Shown piece by piece: positions 12,284 through 25,733 of a stretch of 64,000 nucleotides of DNA. Under the pieces are notes generated by a model that saw only the letters and a list, made by a program, of their open reading frames with translations, was not told the DNA's origin and ran no database searches. Origin of the DNA: Paraglomus brasilianum (taxonomy: Eukaryota); contig CAJVPI010000034.1 of the NCBI GenBank assembly GCA_910592345.1, positions 1 to 64,000 on the forward strand, read 5' to 3'. Numbering within the stretch: the first letter of the stretch is position 1; each line of letters opens with the position of its first letter. A program made the position numbers and the translations under genes.

Positions 12284-13195
12284 TTACCATTCTTTCCCGC
12301 CATTTTCACCTCTGCTTCTGCCTAACGTTTCAAAGTGTCTCTTTAATTGTTCCATCAGCTCTTTATTGTTCGGTGACCAGTGTTTTCTGTAACATCTGGA
12401 GCAACAGTAACATTTGATCTCGTTCTCGCATTCATCATTGGACTGCGTTGATCCTCTGACATGGGTTTTCACTTTGTCATTCCCATTGCGACGGTTGCAT
12501 TTATTCTCAACGCAATTGCTGTGCTTGTTATCGTTCCTGTTCTGACCAACATTCTCTCTTGCTCTCTTTTCTGTAAAAGGATTCCGGCACGCTTCACACA
12601 CCGATCCACTGCAAACAGGACACCAATGTTTTACTCTCAATCTAAAGCTTTTTTTGGGCAGTGACGATGTAGTTCGATAATCTAACGTAATCGGATTCCA
12701 AGTCAATGTCTTGATTATGGGCGGTTGTATGTTCTGTGTACACACTGCCAATTTCCTATAATCGTTTGATGTCTTGGTTATTATTACATCTATACGACGG
12801 CAACGTGGCTTGGAGGGCAGCGGAGATACCGGACTATGATGTTCAGCGAAATGAATTTGACGAAGTAATAATTGCAGGGAATAAGGAGGTGTTATGCGAC
12901 TTGTGTATAATGGCAAAGGGCGAGGGGGCAAAGGGCGAGGGGGCCGAGGGCGTATATCTTCGTTCCATACGTCTATAGTGAAATTCGTCTCTATTATATT
13001 ATGTTTGAGCCACTCCCCTTTCTTCTCATTTTCTTTTCTGTTTGCTTTCTCTTGTACATTCATCACATCTTGGATATGTCGTTTCCAGCGTTCGAAATGA
13101 CGTTCTGTCTGTGTTTGTTGGTTCTTGCATTGGCTGTTCTTGGAGTTGCATTTCGTACACTGTTTAGGTGTGTGAAAGCGGTTCTCATTGAGCAT
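12284..13195 (-). CDS. Hypothetical intronless Cys/Pro/basic protein (303 aa)
   Basis: 912 bp ATG-initiated ORF in AT-rich DNA; CxxC pairs (CTKC, CPVC..CEAC, CYCCSRC) and a PRPLPP repeat; no recognised family. Confidence 0.45.
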   Translation of the reverse strand: MLNENRFHTPKQCTKCNSKNSQCKNQQTQTERHFERWKRHIQDVMNVQEKANRKENEKKGEWLKHNIIETNFTIDVWNEDIRPRPPRPLPPRPLPLYTSRITPPYSLQLLLRQIHFAEHHSPVSPLPSKPRCRRIDVIITKTSNDYRKLAVCTQNIQPPIIKTLTWNPITLDYRTTSSLPKKSFRLRVKHWCPVCSGSVCEACRNPFTEKRARENVGQNRNDNKHSNCVENKCNRRNGNDKVKTHVRGSTQSNDECENEIKCYCCSRCYRKHWSPNNKELMEQLKRHFETLGRSRGENGGKEW

Positions 13196-15623
13196 GGTTG
13201 TTAGTCACTAGTGGAGGGAAGTAAAACATAGAAACAATGAGTGTGGTTTATTGCATTCGTCTGCTTTTTATAAGCAGCGGTTATTGTCTGTGCTGATACT
13301 CGCGTGGAAGACCATTTATCTAAAAAAACACGTGAGGATTTGCACACAATATGCCCTGATTGTGAATGACTCATGACATAATGACATAGGAGAAGTGTCA
13401 CCGAGTGGGGTAGAATTTTGGAGTTAACCTTGATTAGATAATCTTCAATGAACGTGTTTATCTTATTCTAAACCTATCACGACATAACAATAAATGGGTG
13501 CCTTTGTAAAGTATTTCTGGTCATTCTCATTAACAATGTTCGTTTGTCTCATGTATTATTTCTTTCCTTATACAAACCCGTATAGCAAATTCTCTTTCTA
13601 ATACTTAACACATTTGGATCACCTGTATTGTTATATTGAACGAATCAAATCAAGTTTGATGACAAAGAGAACAAAGAAACGCAGCCAATAATGGAGTGCT
13701 TGTTTACAATCACGCAAACAGCTCGCTTGTTGTATTTTTACATAATGTAGAGGATTATCAATCTATCCATCTTGCTATTATAATATTAGCACATTTAAAA
13801 TGGTTATCGCCCATACATTAACATTGGCTGGTAATCAGATCATTAACAGAATATAATTCTATTCAATCGAATAAACAGCCCTGATTTCCATGTCTTCTTT
13901 GCTCATCCATTCTTCATATGCATCAGTCACCACTAATAATAATTTTGATTGCCTCTAATATAGCTTAAACATTCATCCTTCACACCGTTGCTTTGATAAT
14001 CTATTGTATACTTATCAGGGAGACTCTGTAATAATAAACCAAGAACATCATCCAGATCCATCGTGTCTGCCGCAAATCATAAACAATGTTCGCCGAAGTT
14101 GCTCCAACTCTCTAGTAATCAATGTGATAACCTCTCTTTTGCTGGTATCACCCGTATATTGTTTCTTTGCGTCACACGCTATTCGGACTAATTTTCCGAG
14201 AATATTAATTGTGCCTGTTAGTGTTAGTGCCTGTTTATATAAAAATCAAAGAACATGATCTTTTGTTGCAAATACCGTTTCAAGACAATTTGTCTTTCAA
14301 GGTAATATTATACGTGGTAATATTTCGAGTAATCAAAGTAGCGCTCGCAGATGGCTTTGTCGAGAATCATCATTGTCTCTGTACAATAGCACAATATTTC
14401 CAGTCATCTCAGTTTCACAGTCTCTATCTATTATTTCTCTAAATTATTAAACTTGCTACAATGTCAACAAGGCTCTATCTTCCGGACCTTTGTTATTTCT
14501 TGCAATGCGAGGTCTCGAGTTTATTTAGACAGTTGCCTCTACACTCAATGTCGACTGATAATTTAGTTTTTAATATATAACTTTCCGATCACCGCTCAAC
14601 CAGCCCATATTAAATAGTCGCTCCTTGCATTGTATGTCGTTTCAATCGTCGATATAAATTGTGTCTGAATTTGGCACATGAAATTTTCAGCCATCGAAAC
14701 CTTCGGGAGGAATTATCCCAACTCATTGCGTGAAGCAAAATGTGGTGTTGAAAAAGTTAAGCTAAGCTCGGACATTTACGCCAAAATTTTCTCCACGTTC
14801 GGGCTGTTAATAGCTTTTTATTCTCTAAGGACCATAACTGAAGATAAAGAAGGCATGTAGGTTCAAAAAGAGGTAAAGATGAGCAAATATTAAAAGTTGA
14901 TGTAATGAATTAATAACATATTTCCCGGACTAAGTATCCTTCTCATTTGGCATACCATTTTGAAGCTCATGGAATGCAAGTACCATATTGCTGTATTGTG
15001 TTTTATTAAGGAACTTATTAAACATGCTTATTATTTCACATCACTAATCCATTAATCCTCGCCTTTAATATATCTAATATCAACTAGTTCTCTGTTCCGT
15101 TCTCTTGAACAACAATATTTGAATTTCTGCGTTTTTTACCAAACCAGTAACTGTTAAGTAAGGTATTGACTGGAGTTATAGAAACCGTCATACCTTAAAA
15201 AGTAAAAATTTGCTACGTATTTAATAATGGTTAAAACAGATCACTATGTCAAAATTTCTAGTCCATCAAGAATAACTGCCATATCAACATTCTGGTTTTT
15301 CAGGAGCGCTTTTCATTGCGATGATAAGATGAACACAGAACGAATCCAGAGAGTGTGAAATGTTGGTCTCATTTCGACAGTTGCATTAAATTAGACTTTG
15401 TACAGTATGCGAACGTCACCTGGAAAAATATAGCAGGTTTGTTTTTGAGTTAAAAATACACTCAGAGGTACTGACATCGTTGAATATGTAACAATGATCT
15501 GATTTACAGTGCGTAACAATTTTTTTTCTGCTTTGTAAAACGCGCGCGCGCACAACCTTTCCATTTACGTCTTGAAAAAATAAATAAACATTTGATTTGT
15601 GCTTTTTGTTTATAACACATGTA

Positions 15624-15808
15624 CAGTCAAACCTCTTTATACCGACACGAGTGGCACCGGCCATTTTTATCGGTATAACCAGTTTATCGGTATAATCAGA
15701 GGCCTCTTTGTAACAGTACAATCTAATAGGACTATTCAGGTAAACGAAATCCCATCGGTATAAACCAATCATCGGTATAAAGGATATTGGTATAAAGAAA
15801 TTAGACTG
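15624..15808. mobile_element. pogo-type MITE
   Basis: TA-CAGTCAAACCTCTTTATACCG ... TGGTATAAAGAAATTAGACTG-TA; internal repeats of atcggtataa. Confidence 0.8.
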
Positions 15809-15889
15809 TAATTCTCTCTTTCTAATTTCCCGTTCAAAAAATGACTTCCGCTCAAGAAACACGACGTCAAACTATATTATTCTTTTGGA

Positions 15890-16228
15890 ATATGGTGTAA
15901 CTAATTGAAGACAATATACAATTTAAAAAGCTCAAAAAAACAGAAAGTGTAGCTCATGCAAAGGAAAATGGTCGGCCAAAGAAGATCACTGGTAAAGCGT
16001 CGAAAGCATTAGGACAGGTCTCAACTAGAACTTTGGCAATCATGTTAACTAAAAAAGACGTTAATGTCTCTCATGTGACTTTTTAATGTTAATCAGATGC
16101 TTGGAGGTTCCAGCAGGACACAAGTAGAGTTGCCATTCCTGATTTAAACCCAATAGATAATGTTGAGAGAAGGATGCCAAAAAATTGTAAGGAGTTAAAG
16201 CAATTTATGGTAGAGGAATGGCAAAATA
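15890..16228 (+). mobile_element. Tc1 transposase relic, abutted by LTR copy 2
   Basis: Fragments NGRPKKITGKASKALGQ and PDLNPIDNVERRMPKNCKELKQFMVEEWQN. Confidence 0.65.
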
Positions 16229-17049
16229 TGTAAAGAAGACTTCCGCAGTCATGATCGTAGCTTAGCGCAACACAGAATTAAAATTAGTAATACAGCATTT
16301 CGAAAATTCTGCGACGGCGCGCCGTGTTGCATTTTCTGCGACAGCACAAACGCTTTGGTTAATTTATATTTAAATTAATTGTTCTTCATAGGAATAGTAG
16401 TCTAAAAGCGTTTCACTTTTTCTGCGACGCTAAAAGATATACAAGTAGCTCATCTTCCATCGTCAAATTCTCATGTTTGTTGTGTTGTAAATGTTGTTTA
16501 ACAACATTGTTGAATAAATCATAAATACTACTGATCTTATGGTATTCTCCCGAAATCCTTTATATCAAATAACGATTTTTATTCTTCATCGTCGAAATAA
16601 TTGATTATTAGACCGGACACTCCAATAAACGGCTCACTTAAGAAAAATAGCATTGATTTGATCAAGCTATAAAGCTGTCCGCGGATCAATTACGTGAATA
16701 ACGGAACGAGAGTTCACAATTAATTATCAAGACAATTATTGTTTAATTAGTAATAAGGGATACCGACTAGTCGAAAAACAAATCGAAGATAAATAGTTTT
16801 ATTCCCCTTCGATTCTTTAATTGTTATTCTATTAAAGGTACCCTTATTTGTATTCACGAGTGTTTGAAACTCGGATAGGCGCGCATAGTTAAATTTGTAG
16901 TTGTAGGCTTAATTCGGTCTTAATTCAGACAACTATCGTAGTAAGGGCGATAGTACGAGCTAAGCCTGGTAACATCCCCGGTCGGCGAACACACCAACGC
17001 GAAAGATAAATCGCTCTCCCACAACCCCATTTAATTCCCGACCATAACA
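16229..17049 (+). mobile_element. Solo LTR-like element, family A copy 2
   Basis: TG...CA ends. Shares blocks with 28965-29702 and the reverse complement of 57840-58698: cgtcaaattctcatgtt, gaccggacac..aataaacggctc, attccccttcgattc, ctggtaacatcccc. No TSD seen. Confidence 0.75.
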
Positions 17050-17665
17050 CTTGGATAACGCATTCGATTATATTTATAAACGTGTAAATAATTATTTATA
17101 TGGACTGCGCTTATTAATATTTTGTATTATTAATATTTTGTAATATTCCACATAAATCACAACCCCAGAACTTCTGCGGTAATCTATAACAAAAACTGAC
17201 TACTATTTCACTTGAATGTAACAAAAGATGTGAAGAAATTACAAGTTATGAGTAATAACGAAAATTTACTTAACGTTCATTGTGAGGAGTTAAGTGATTG
17301 AGAAATAATCAATGTCGCCATTAATCTATATACTGTACATGGCATGAACAACGAAAGAGAGAAGGGAGGGGTTTCTAATAACAAGAAATAGTAAATCAAA
17401 TGATATGAAAGAAATTTTGGAAATAAGAAAACGTCCAGTAAATGGACATCATTAACATGGAAAGAATAAATAATAAATATTTAACTGTGCTGGTCTCTAT
17501 TACTACTTCTTTCATTTATAATAAGCACACCTTCCACTTTGATTAATTAAAGCACATCGTCTCACCAACATTTTACAGTCACGCTCAAACGATCGAGTCG
17601 AAACTCAATTATATCACTCTTTTTTTCTATTAATGCAACTGTTTTTTAATTGTCTTTGTTACTTA

Positions 17666-20087
17666 TTAAGTGTGAAGCGATTGATCTTTCTTCTCTCGTC
17701 GTTTGAAGAATACCTCGGGACTAGTGCAAGCACCAAGTGCTCTGCGCATGTGATTGTTCAAATACGTCAGGCCGACTTGGTAGGACGCGTTCATCCATCC
17801 AAAACCTTCTCGCGGAACGAACTTGAAGTCAGTTCCCACATTACCATATTCGACTTTCAGCAAGTGACCGAGTGAGACAACGTCGTACTTTTCTGGCACG
17901 ATGCCATTGAAGTCAACAAAGGACTTTGTAATAGTGTACAGCCATCGGTAGGCTAGCCTTCGAGCATCATTGTCGTAGCCGTAGTTCTCCAAACCACGCC
18001 ATATCATTATTTGATGAGGTGCCCAGCCAAATGGATAGTCCCACTGACGATTGGGGCGATCAAGCGAGATTGTGCCGCGTGATTCTTCGGTGCCACTGAC
18101 CATCCCTCCAAGAACTTCAAACTTTTGAAGAGAAGTTTTACTGTAAAAACATATAATATTAACAAATTGTACATAACAGGTACAAAACCGTTTGGGTTTT
18201 CATAAATCGATAGAAGGATATACTTACACTAGTTTCTCGGCCTGGTCTTCACTCGCGCAATTGGCCCACAAAGCCCAGAACGCTGTGACTGATTCATATA
18301 CCGATTGCTCCTTTCGGGCAATGTCGTAATCATAATACAAGCCCTTTTCCTCATTCCACAGATACTTGTCTATGGCTTGCTTCCTCTTGGAAGCATATGA
18401 GAACCACAGAGCGCTAGTCATCGCAGTCCCGTCTTGCAACTCAAACTCATCACCAAAAACATCCCTTATCGTTGTGCCAATGTCCATCTCGTACTTGTAC
18501 AGCAACGCATTTAGGTCTATTGTGAGCAGATTGGCGCACCGTTTTTCGAACCGATAAGTGGTATCGTGGCCGGATTCCCTGACTGCGCGGTCATGGAGAA
18601 AATAGTCGTCAAGTTGCGGTTCGCTAATTTCACCGCTCTGATATCGAAGTGAATATTCTTCGATAGTCAACCCACATTTTGTTGCATACGGCAAGATGAC
18701 GTGATCGAAATGGCTAGCTTCCGTCTCTGGGGGAATACCAATACCGGTTGGATGATATCTGCTCAAACCAGTATGACTGTCATAACGCGGAGAAACCATC
18801 CAGACAGTTTGATATTCTTTAATGGCAGCGCGAAAAACACCAGCTAACCACAACTTCTTCTCTTCTTCCTCAGGAAGACGCTCGTACACTTTCAAAGCCA
18901 TATCGGTTAAAAACGGAGGCTGAGATCGAGTGAGAAAGTAACTCCTGTTGGCGTTAAGTATCTTGCCATAATGGTTAATTTCGTAGACGAAATTGTCTAC
19001 CATCGACTTTGCTATTTCAATCTTTCCGTCCACAGCTAGACCAAGGGTTTCAAAATATGAATCCCATCCATACATTTCATTGAATCTCCCCCCATGCACA
19101 ACGAAGGGAGCGCCTTCGAATGTAGTATTTCCCTTATCATCCGTAATCTTACGCATCGCAAGAGAAAGGATACCAGGTTTGTCGTTGATGCTTTTCACAT
19201 ATTCTGGAGTTATCTCCATCGGTAACATCTGGACGTCCAGGTTTAAATGTCTTTTTGTTTCGGCGACGTTTTTGTAGTACTCAAAAACTTCATCTTCGCC
19301 GAAAGGTATATAAATCCTTGGGCTATGGTCAGCTGTCCTGTTTTTAGGATCAATACATATCACCTCCAGCCCCTCCCCATCTATTCGCCTAGTTAGTCCA
19401 TCCCAGAAATGGTATTTGATCATTCTCGAAAGTCTATCTACTGGGTTGTCATTTAACCGAGCTTCGTGGAGAACGATGTGTTTACGTCCGTGATCTCGTG
19501 CCAACTCCAGTTCCTGAAGCAGATTGGATAGCATGTAAGTACCTCTGATTTCAAACTTGTGATAGCCTCCAGAATCTGCAGTGCCCAGTGTGAGTGTCTT
19601 GGGACCCCGATCATGGATTGTGATCTGAGAGTCACCGTCAGTGTCCTCTTGCTCAAGAATTCGACGCTTCGTTTCTTCGACATCGATCAAAAATTTTCTC
19701 GGTCTGTTTGTTTTCTCGTCTGTAGTCAATAAATGTAACGAGTATACTGTTAGTAAGGTATTCCGTTGACAATACAACGATCGACGTTCAATAAAAAATG
19801 ATCGTTACCATGAGACCCTCTTCTTTTCCGTTGAGCTTGAGCTCTTTCTTCTCTGGACTTTTCCGTTAGCCTTCCAGTCTAAAGCAGAGTAAATTATTAG
19901 ATATAGTAATAATACTTATACGGCGATAATCCATATCAATGTTGTCTATAAAATATAGATCATACATCATCTTGTATAATTAAATACTTACAGCGAAGCT
20001 TCTGATTCTGATTGCATTCTCAATGGTGAGACCGTTATAACCATTCCGATAGTAAATATTAGCGGGAGCAAGGATCTCAGTCTCCAT
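17666..20087 (-). CDS. NTH1: Neutral trehalase (GH37 with Ca-binding EF-like motif)
   Basis: Four exons (about 20087-19992, 19878-19809, 19721-18228, 18140-17666). RRGSHDE PKA site, [15 protein letters not shown]-like motif, [63 protein letters not shown]. Confidence 0.95.
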
Positions 20088-22559
20088 GACCTTGGAATAT
20101 GGACAGATAGTGGGGGGCTGGGGGCTGACGTTCTGCTTATGGATGTATTTATATTGAGCCAAGACTAGTTAGTTGGCGTGGGGGGGGATGTGCGTGGGCG
20201 TCAAAAACAGGGCTAAATCGAAATAACAGTAGACGCCAAAGATGTGCCTAATATTTTTAGTGAGACAAATACCCAATTAGTATATTGGTAATATAAATAA
20301 ATTTTTATAGTAAAAATTCGAATTGATGGGGGGAAGGAGGGAAAAGGAAAGGAAAGGAAGAATATGTATGTTTATATATTAACAGAGGGCAGATTGTGAG
20401 TGGCTAGTATTTTTATTAATGCAATATATTACGAACGGCACATTACGCTACGTTATACAGAGTTGATAATGTACTAACACATTGATCCAACCAAGTATAT
20501 ACAACCAACCAAGATGAGATGAGGGGAATGGGTGGAGAATCAAGCGGATCATAAGCACTGTTCCGATGATGTTGTTTGCGTGAGGATATTACAAAACGCA
20601 TCGATGTTACGGCACGAGAACAAACTGATCTAAAATATGCGACATTAATTGAGTAGAGAGTTCTTGATTTGTACTATGGATACTATTATTAATTTATCCA
20701 TTACATGAACTGTTGTGTAAGTGTATCAAGTTTGCTAAGGACTTGATGTTCGTTCCAAGCGATGTCACGTTTGTCGCACATATATATATCACAAAGATAA
20801 TGACCAATAATAAAAGCACATGTCTGAGTCATATTGCGCTTCTGTTGTCCGATTATTATTATTTATCCTTCTGACGGCCACTCGTGATCTCACCAATGAT
20901 GCCATCCTTCTAAATCAAGTATCAACGGCCATACACAGAGTCTTTGTTATTATATCGTAGCACGATTCACTATCACAACATGTAATAGGATCTGATTAGA
21001 ATAAAGCTGGATGTTAATATGCCATCTAGTATTCGTAAATTCATATAACATATCGTATGTATATATACATATAGTGTGCATATAGTATTTATTACACAGA
21101 AAAACTCATCGAAGCATCTTCTCTATTTGCATGCAGTGCCCGTTGCCATGTTTGTCTATGAATTCCATGTCTTGTAACTATTTACACACTGTTTACGCTC
21201 TATCGCGAATTCTTTGCTTAGTCATGATCCACATTCTTTTAGACAAACAAATAAATGGTTATTACAAGTCTATAAATGTACACCTATATTCGACATCTAT
21301 ATTGTAACATTGTAACACATACATTTGATTATTTATCTACAATCTTATCATGAATGTCGTGTCGACATGTATAATTCTGATTCGTGTTCCCCCAACAATG
21401 GATAAACTGTTGCACAAAGTAAAAAACAAGATAGCTGTGGGAATATGATGAATAATCACCTTGTTCTGCTGATTGTCAAAATGGAAATTTTAATGTAAAT
21501 AAAGTGTCTGAATGCTATTTGTCGAGAATTAATAATATTAATATTCTTACTCGGCATCAACAAAAGAATGCCCCACTACATGAATACTGTGATCAATCAT
21601 AACACCGACAATAATAATTACTCACTAATCAAACCGATATTTGGTTACCTGGGGAGAAAACTTAACTGGGTAAGGCAGTTCCGATATAGAACAGAGTTCT
21701 ATTGTCGTTAACTACCACTTGACCTGAGACTATGCAAACGTAGCTAATTGAGTTGCGTAGTAATAGTAACAGAAGAACAATGGCGAGTATGTACACCAGT
21801 GTATCAACAAAGTAACCTCTATCAAAATCTTTTGCAAAGATCGATGTTTTCGTTGCTATTGCTAATGATGTGCGACATCGCACTGTATAGTGTACAAAGT
21901 AAATTTGGTATCGATTTCCTGATCGACGACTACTATGAAGACCATTTTTATATTAATATGTAACGCCACAAAAGTGAGATATTATTGTAATTGCTTTTTG
22001 AGCTCGAGTTGTTCGGTTTTTTTCACGGAGTCATGTCTACGTCGAGGAAGGCGCATCATTTCGTCATATGCAGATTAACCTGACACTAACGCATGATTAC
22101 GCTTAGCAGTGCATATACTCGCTAACAGTTGCGAGTTAGATGTCTACAAATCCCCCCAATATGTGTACCCTCGGCATGATACCCAAGGACAATATAAATA
22201 TTAAATATCATATCCGTGTCAGAATTCTTGTTATAACCTCTAAACAAGATTCTTCTCGGCGCTTTGTTCGGTAAAGTTACTTTCATTTAGACTTGTGTTT
22301 TGTTTCAGAGGTTTAATGATGATCGCCGAAGGGTTTGTTAATCTAATATTGTGTTGTGGTATCTCCTACACTCTCATCGTAATGATACAGCATGTTACAA
22401 GCGTTTTGCAAAATTAATATTTATCCGTCATTGCTCTGAGTCATATTAATATGTAACATACAGCATAGTATTTATTGGTCACATGAATTTTCCTTAGAAT
22501 TCTAAACAACTTTATTTATGCAACAACAGTATTAACAACGCATGACAAACTTTATATCA

Positions 22560-23505
22560 TATCAATAAACTCGTCTAGTTATGAACTCTTTGAATTTTAG
22601 ATCAATATTCGTGGGATTTCCTTTATTTTTAATTACAGCACTGACTCTACGTGGCATGCTATTTACCAATTTCTCTAAATCGCTGGTGGGAATTTTTAAC
22701 CACTCCGCCTTTAGCATATCACTCAATTTTTTGGATGAGGTTTATGCTTATGTATCTGTTGACTCAGAAAATCCCATAGATGCCCAATTGGATTAAGATC
22801 TGGGCTTTGTGCAGGTCATAGAAGAGAGGCTATCAAATTTTCCTTTTTCCATTCGACTACGTATGCAATATGAGACTCTGTACAAAGCTTAACAAATGCT
22901 CTCTACCAGCATTTTATATGTGTTTGCTGTAATTGATTCATCAACAATTACTAAAGGGCCAAGTCTCTTTTTCGTAAAACAACCCCAAACCATAATGCCT
23001 TTGTTACCACTTTTTACGGTAGGAAACATGCAGTCCACATCATACTGTTCGTGTGGTTCACGCCATACACGATGTCTGCCATAAAAGAAAGCGGGATTCA
23101 TCGCTCCAAATAACGTATTCCATTCTTCACTCTACTGTCTTTGTTCTTTAGCCGCTTTTTCCTATTTTTTTTTTCTTCTGAAACCAGTGGTTTTCTTCTA
23201 CCAATGCGGCTGGAATACCCTTGTTCATGTAGAACACGTCTCGCAGTCTTCGTGCTAATTTGAGTCAGCCCGAGACTATTGAATTTTTCTGCTACTTCCT
23301 CTGCAGGACGAATGAAATAACGCTTATCAATGGCTTTCAAAAGAGGTGGTCTGCCAGAGCGAGAAGCATTAAATACAGCCTGATCTCTTTCAAACTTATT
23401 TATTATGTTAATACAAGTCGTTCTAGGTATTTTAAGTATTTTTTCGGTGTCTGTGGCAACAACCATGCCACGCTCAAAATCGCTTAACTCTCGAGTTTTT
23501 GTCAT
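22560..23505 (-). mobile_element. Tc1 transposase pseudogene
   Basis: MTKTRELSDFERGMVV, RSGRPP, RRKPLVSE, PTVKSGNKGIMVWGCFTKKRLGPLV, AQSPDLNPIGHL; several frameshifts. Confidence 0.9.
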
Positions 23506-25163
23506 TTTTTACTGAAAGTCGAAGTCAAAATAAAGAAGTTATCTTAGGATAAAAAAACTAGAATTTGTTGGCTTTCAAACAAAAAAAAGTTTTATGAATT
23601 TTCGTAGAATAAATTACATTTGAACTAATGTGACTTGGCAAAATTTTATTTCAAGTTAAAGCTAAAAAATTGTAGATTTTATTAAACAAGATTTGTTCCC
23701 CAATAATTGTTTCAATGCTCTTTCACATTGACTTTACTAAATTTCTTAAGACATTATCAAGAACAGTATCTATTTTTAATAACCAAGTCTTCAGAAAGAA
23801 AAATAGTCACAAGACAACTTATTCCCGCGAGGTTTGTCCCTTTGAAGTAAATAATAAAATAAATATATATGCCAAAAATTATTCTCACGGACAAAAGCCA
23901 ACTCACCGCCAGAATTGCGAAAAAAACTAAAATTCCCAAATGGAAATAATCAACCAGGAATTTAGCATTACTACCATAGCAAGCTGCGTTAAGACTTATG
24001 ACTTTCATTGTAGGGCTTTGTTACTTTTCATAATTTCAGCATAAAGAAATTGCGTATTTTTTATTGTCATTTATAGTAACACTTCACGTTTAGTTGTTAT
24101 CGCACGCATAGCAAGCTGTGAGTTAAGACTTTCGTTATATAAGACTTTGTTACATTCGTTTCATACATGCACGAGATAATTGTTGAACAGCGTGATTTAA
24201 ATAAATTAACAATATTAAAATAAGTTTAATACCATATTTGGGATTGTAGATGACATAAACCAATATAATAGACGTACAGTCGACCTAAGGGTACTATACA
24301 CAGGGGGGGTACTTTAGTCAGCGCTCTACGGTAATTGGATGCAAGTTTCAAACCTTACTTTATCTATTATCTTAAACATTTCTAACATATATTTGCACTA
24401 TAGCGAATTCAGTATTTGGTATATCGAACTCCATAATTGTACAATCTTTCAGACGCATCAATTTTTTGAGATAGGCATTATTTTTAATGCCTAGCTATGA
24501 CGAATAAACAATAAAAGAGTCGGGATTGAATTATATCACAAGCAATCGTCAACATAGAAGCTACGCATATCTTAGCGGAATACTCTTTTACTTTAGCCAT
24601 AGTTCAAGTGGTCATAAAAGTTCATTTTTTGATAAACACTCCAGTTCACAAAATTTAGCGAAACAATTTGGTAATTTGAATGTTTATAATCAAAAGAATC
24701 CACAATGTTAGTAGAGTAATAAATTTTAATCTGTTGATATGGTCACGTAATTTGACCTTTAAATAGAAAAGGTAAGATTGAATAGAATGTTTTGGAAAGT
24801 GAAAATCACTTTTCCAGCAAAGAAATAGTTTATTGGTATTGCCGAGAACTCGCTTGCTGGCACGTCATCCACTTCGGGGGCAATTCAGAATTTTGCCATA
24901 ACTTCTGTGAAGCAGGGGAATTAGCGCTTGGCAAATTGAACCTGGTAATCTTTTGTGCATCATGTTACTTTGCCCACAACACATCTCATTTAGATACAAG
25001 AGGAGAGCGACTATGGGTGTTGTAAGAAGGATGAGTAACTTGACAATGAAGGCGAAGCCTCGAATGAGTGCAAGTTTACGTTTGCATCAACTTGATGTTT
25101 ATTCGCCGTATCTTCCGTAATATAAATAGAGGGTAACGTTACTTTCTCATGTTTAGTAAATAT

Positions 25164-25520
25164 GTCCGATATCGGTAGTGGCACAAACATAATTATTTTT
25201 TTGTCGATCATTTTCAATAGTAAACTTTCAAATCCCTCAGGCTTTTAACGCCTACTTTACAAAAAATGGCCCTTCTACGTTCAAATTATAAGAGTTAAAA
25301 AGAAAACGGAATTTGAACAAGTTTTTAATAGAAAAACTAACGTACATATCAATAAAAACAAAACAGTGAGACCCATTTTATGGTTGCATTTCAATTTGAT
25401 GGGCGTATCTTTTAAGCCTTAGGGATTTAAAAGTTTATATGTTTTTACTATATGATCGGCAAATGATATGTGGATTTTCATAGGGACTTCCCTATGTTTG
25501 TGCAACTACCGATATCGGAC
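25164..25520. mobile_element. Fold-back/MITE with long interrupted inverted repeats
   Basis: gtccgatatcggtagtggcacaaacat (25164) pairs with atgtttgtgcaactaccgatatcggac (25494-25520); ttgtcgatcat pairs with atgatcggcaa; aaactttcaaatccctcaggctt pairs with aagccttagggatttaaaagttt. Confidence 0.75.
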
Positions 25521-25733
25521 CCCCCATAAATATATCGATTCGCGAGGCGCCTGGGTCAAATTTCTCATGGCTCTTCTTTTTCACACACTAGAAGATAAGA
25601 ATATGGTTATGATTAGCCCGACTTCACAACTCAAGCTAGTTCTATCTAATGTTCTCACACGCCCATGAACCGTTCGACCGAAATATAAACTCCTTATCAT
25701 TTCTATCCAACAAAGATACGACTGTTGAATAGC

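Noticed and set aside
16955..17000. HDV-like ribozyme resemblance (CTGGTAACATCC...GGCGAAC)
   Set aside because: No convincing P2/P3 pseudoknot or L3 consensus could be built; no hammerhead CUGANGA core either.
8400..20087. Phosphate transporter plus trehalase as a nutrient gene cluster
   Set aside because: Separated by over 7 kb of unrelated DNA; no evidence of co-regulation.
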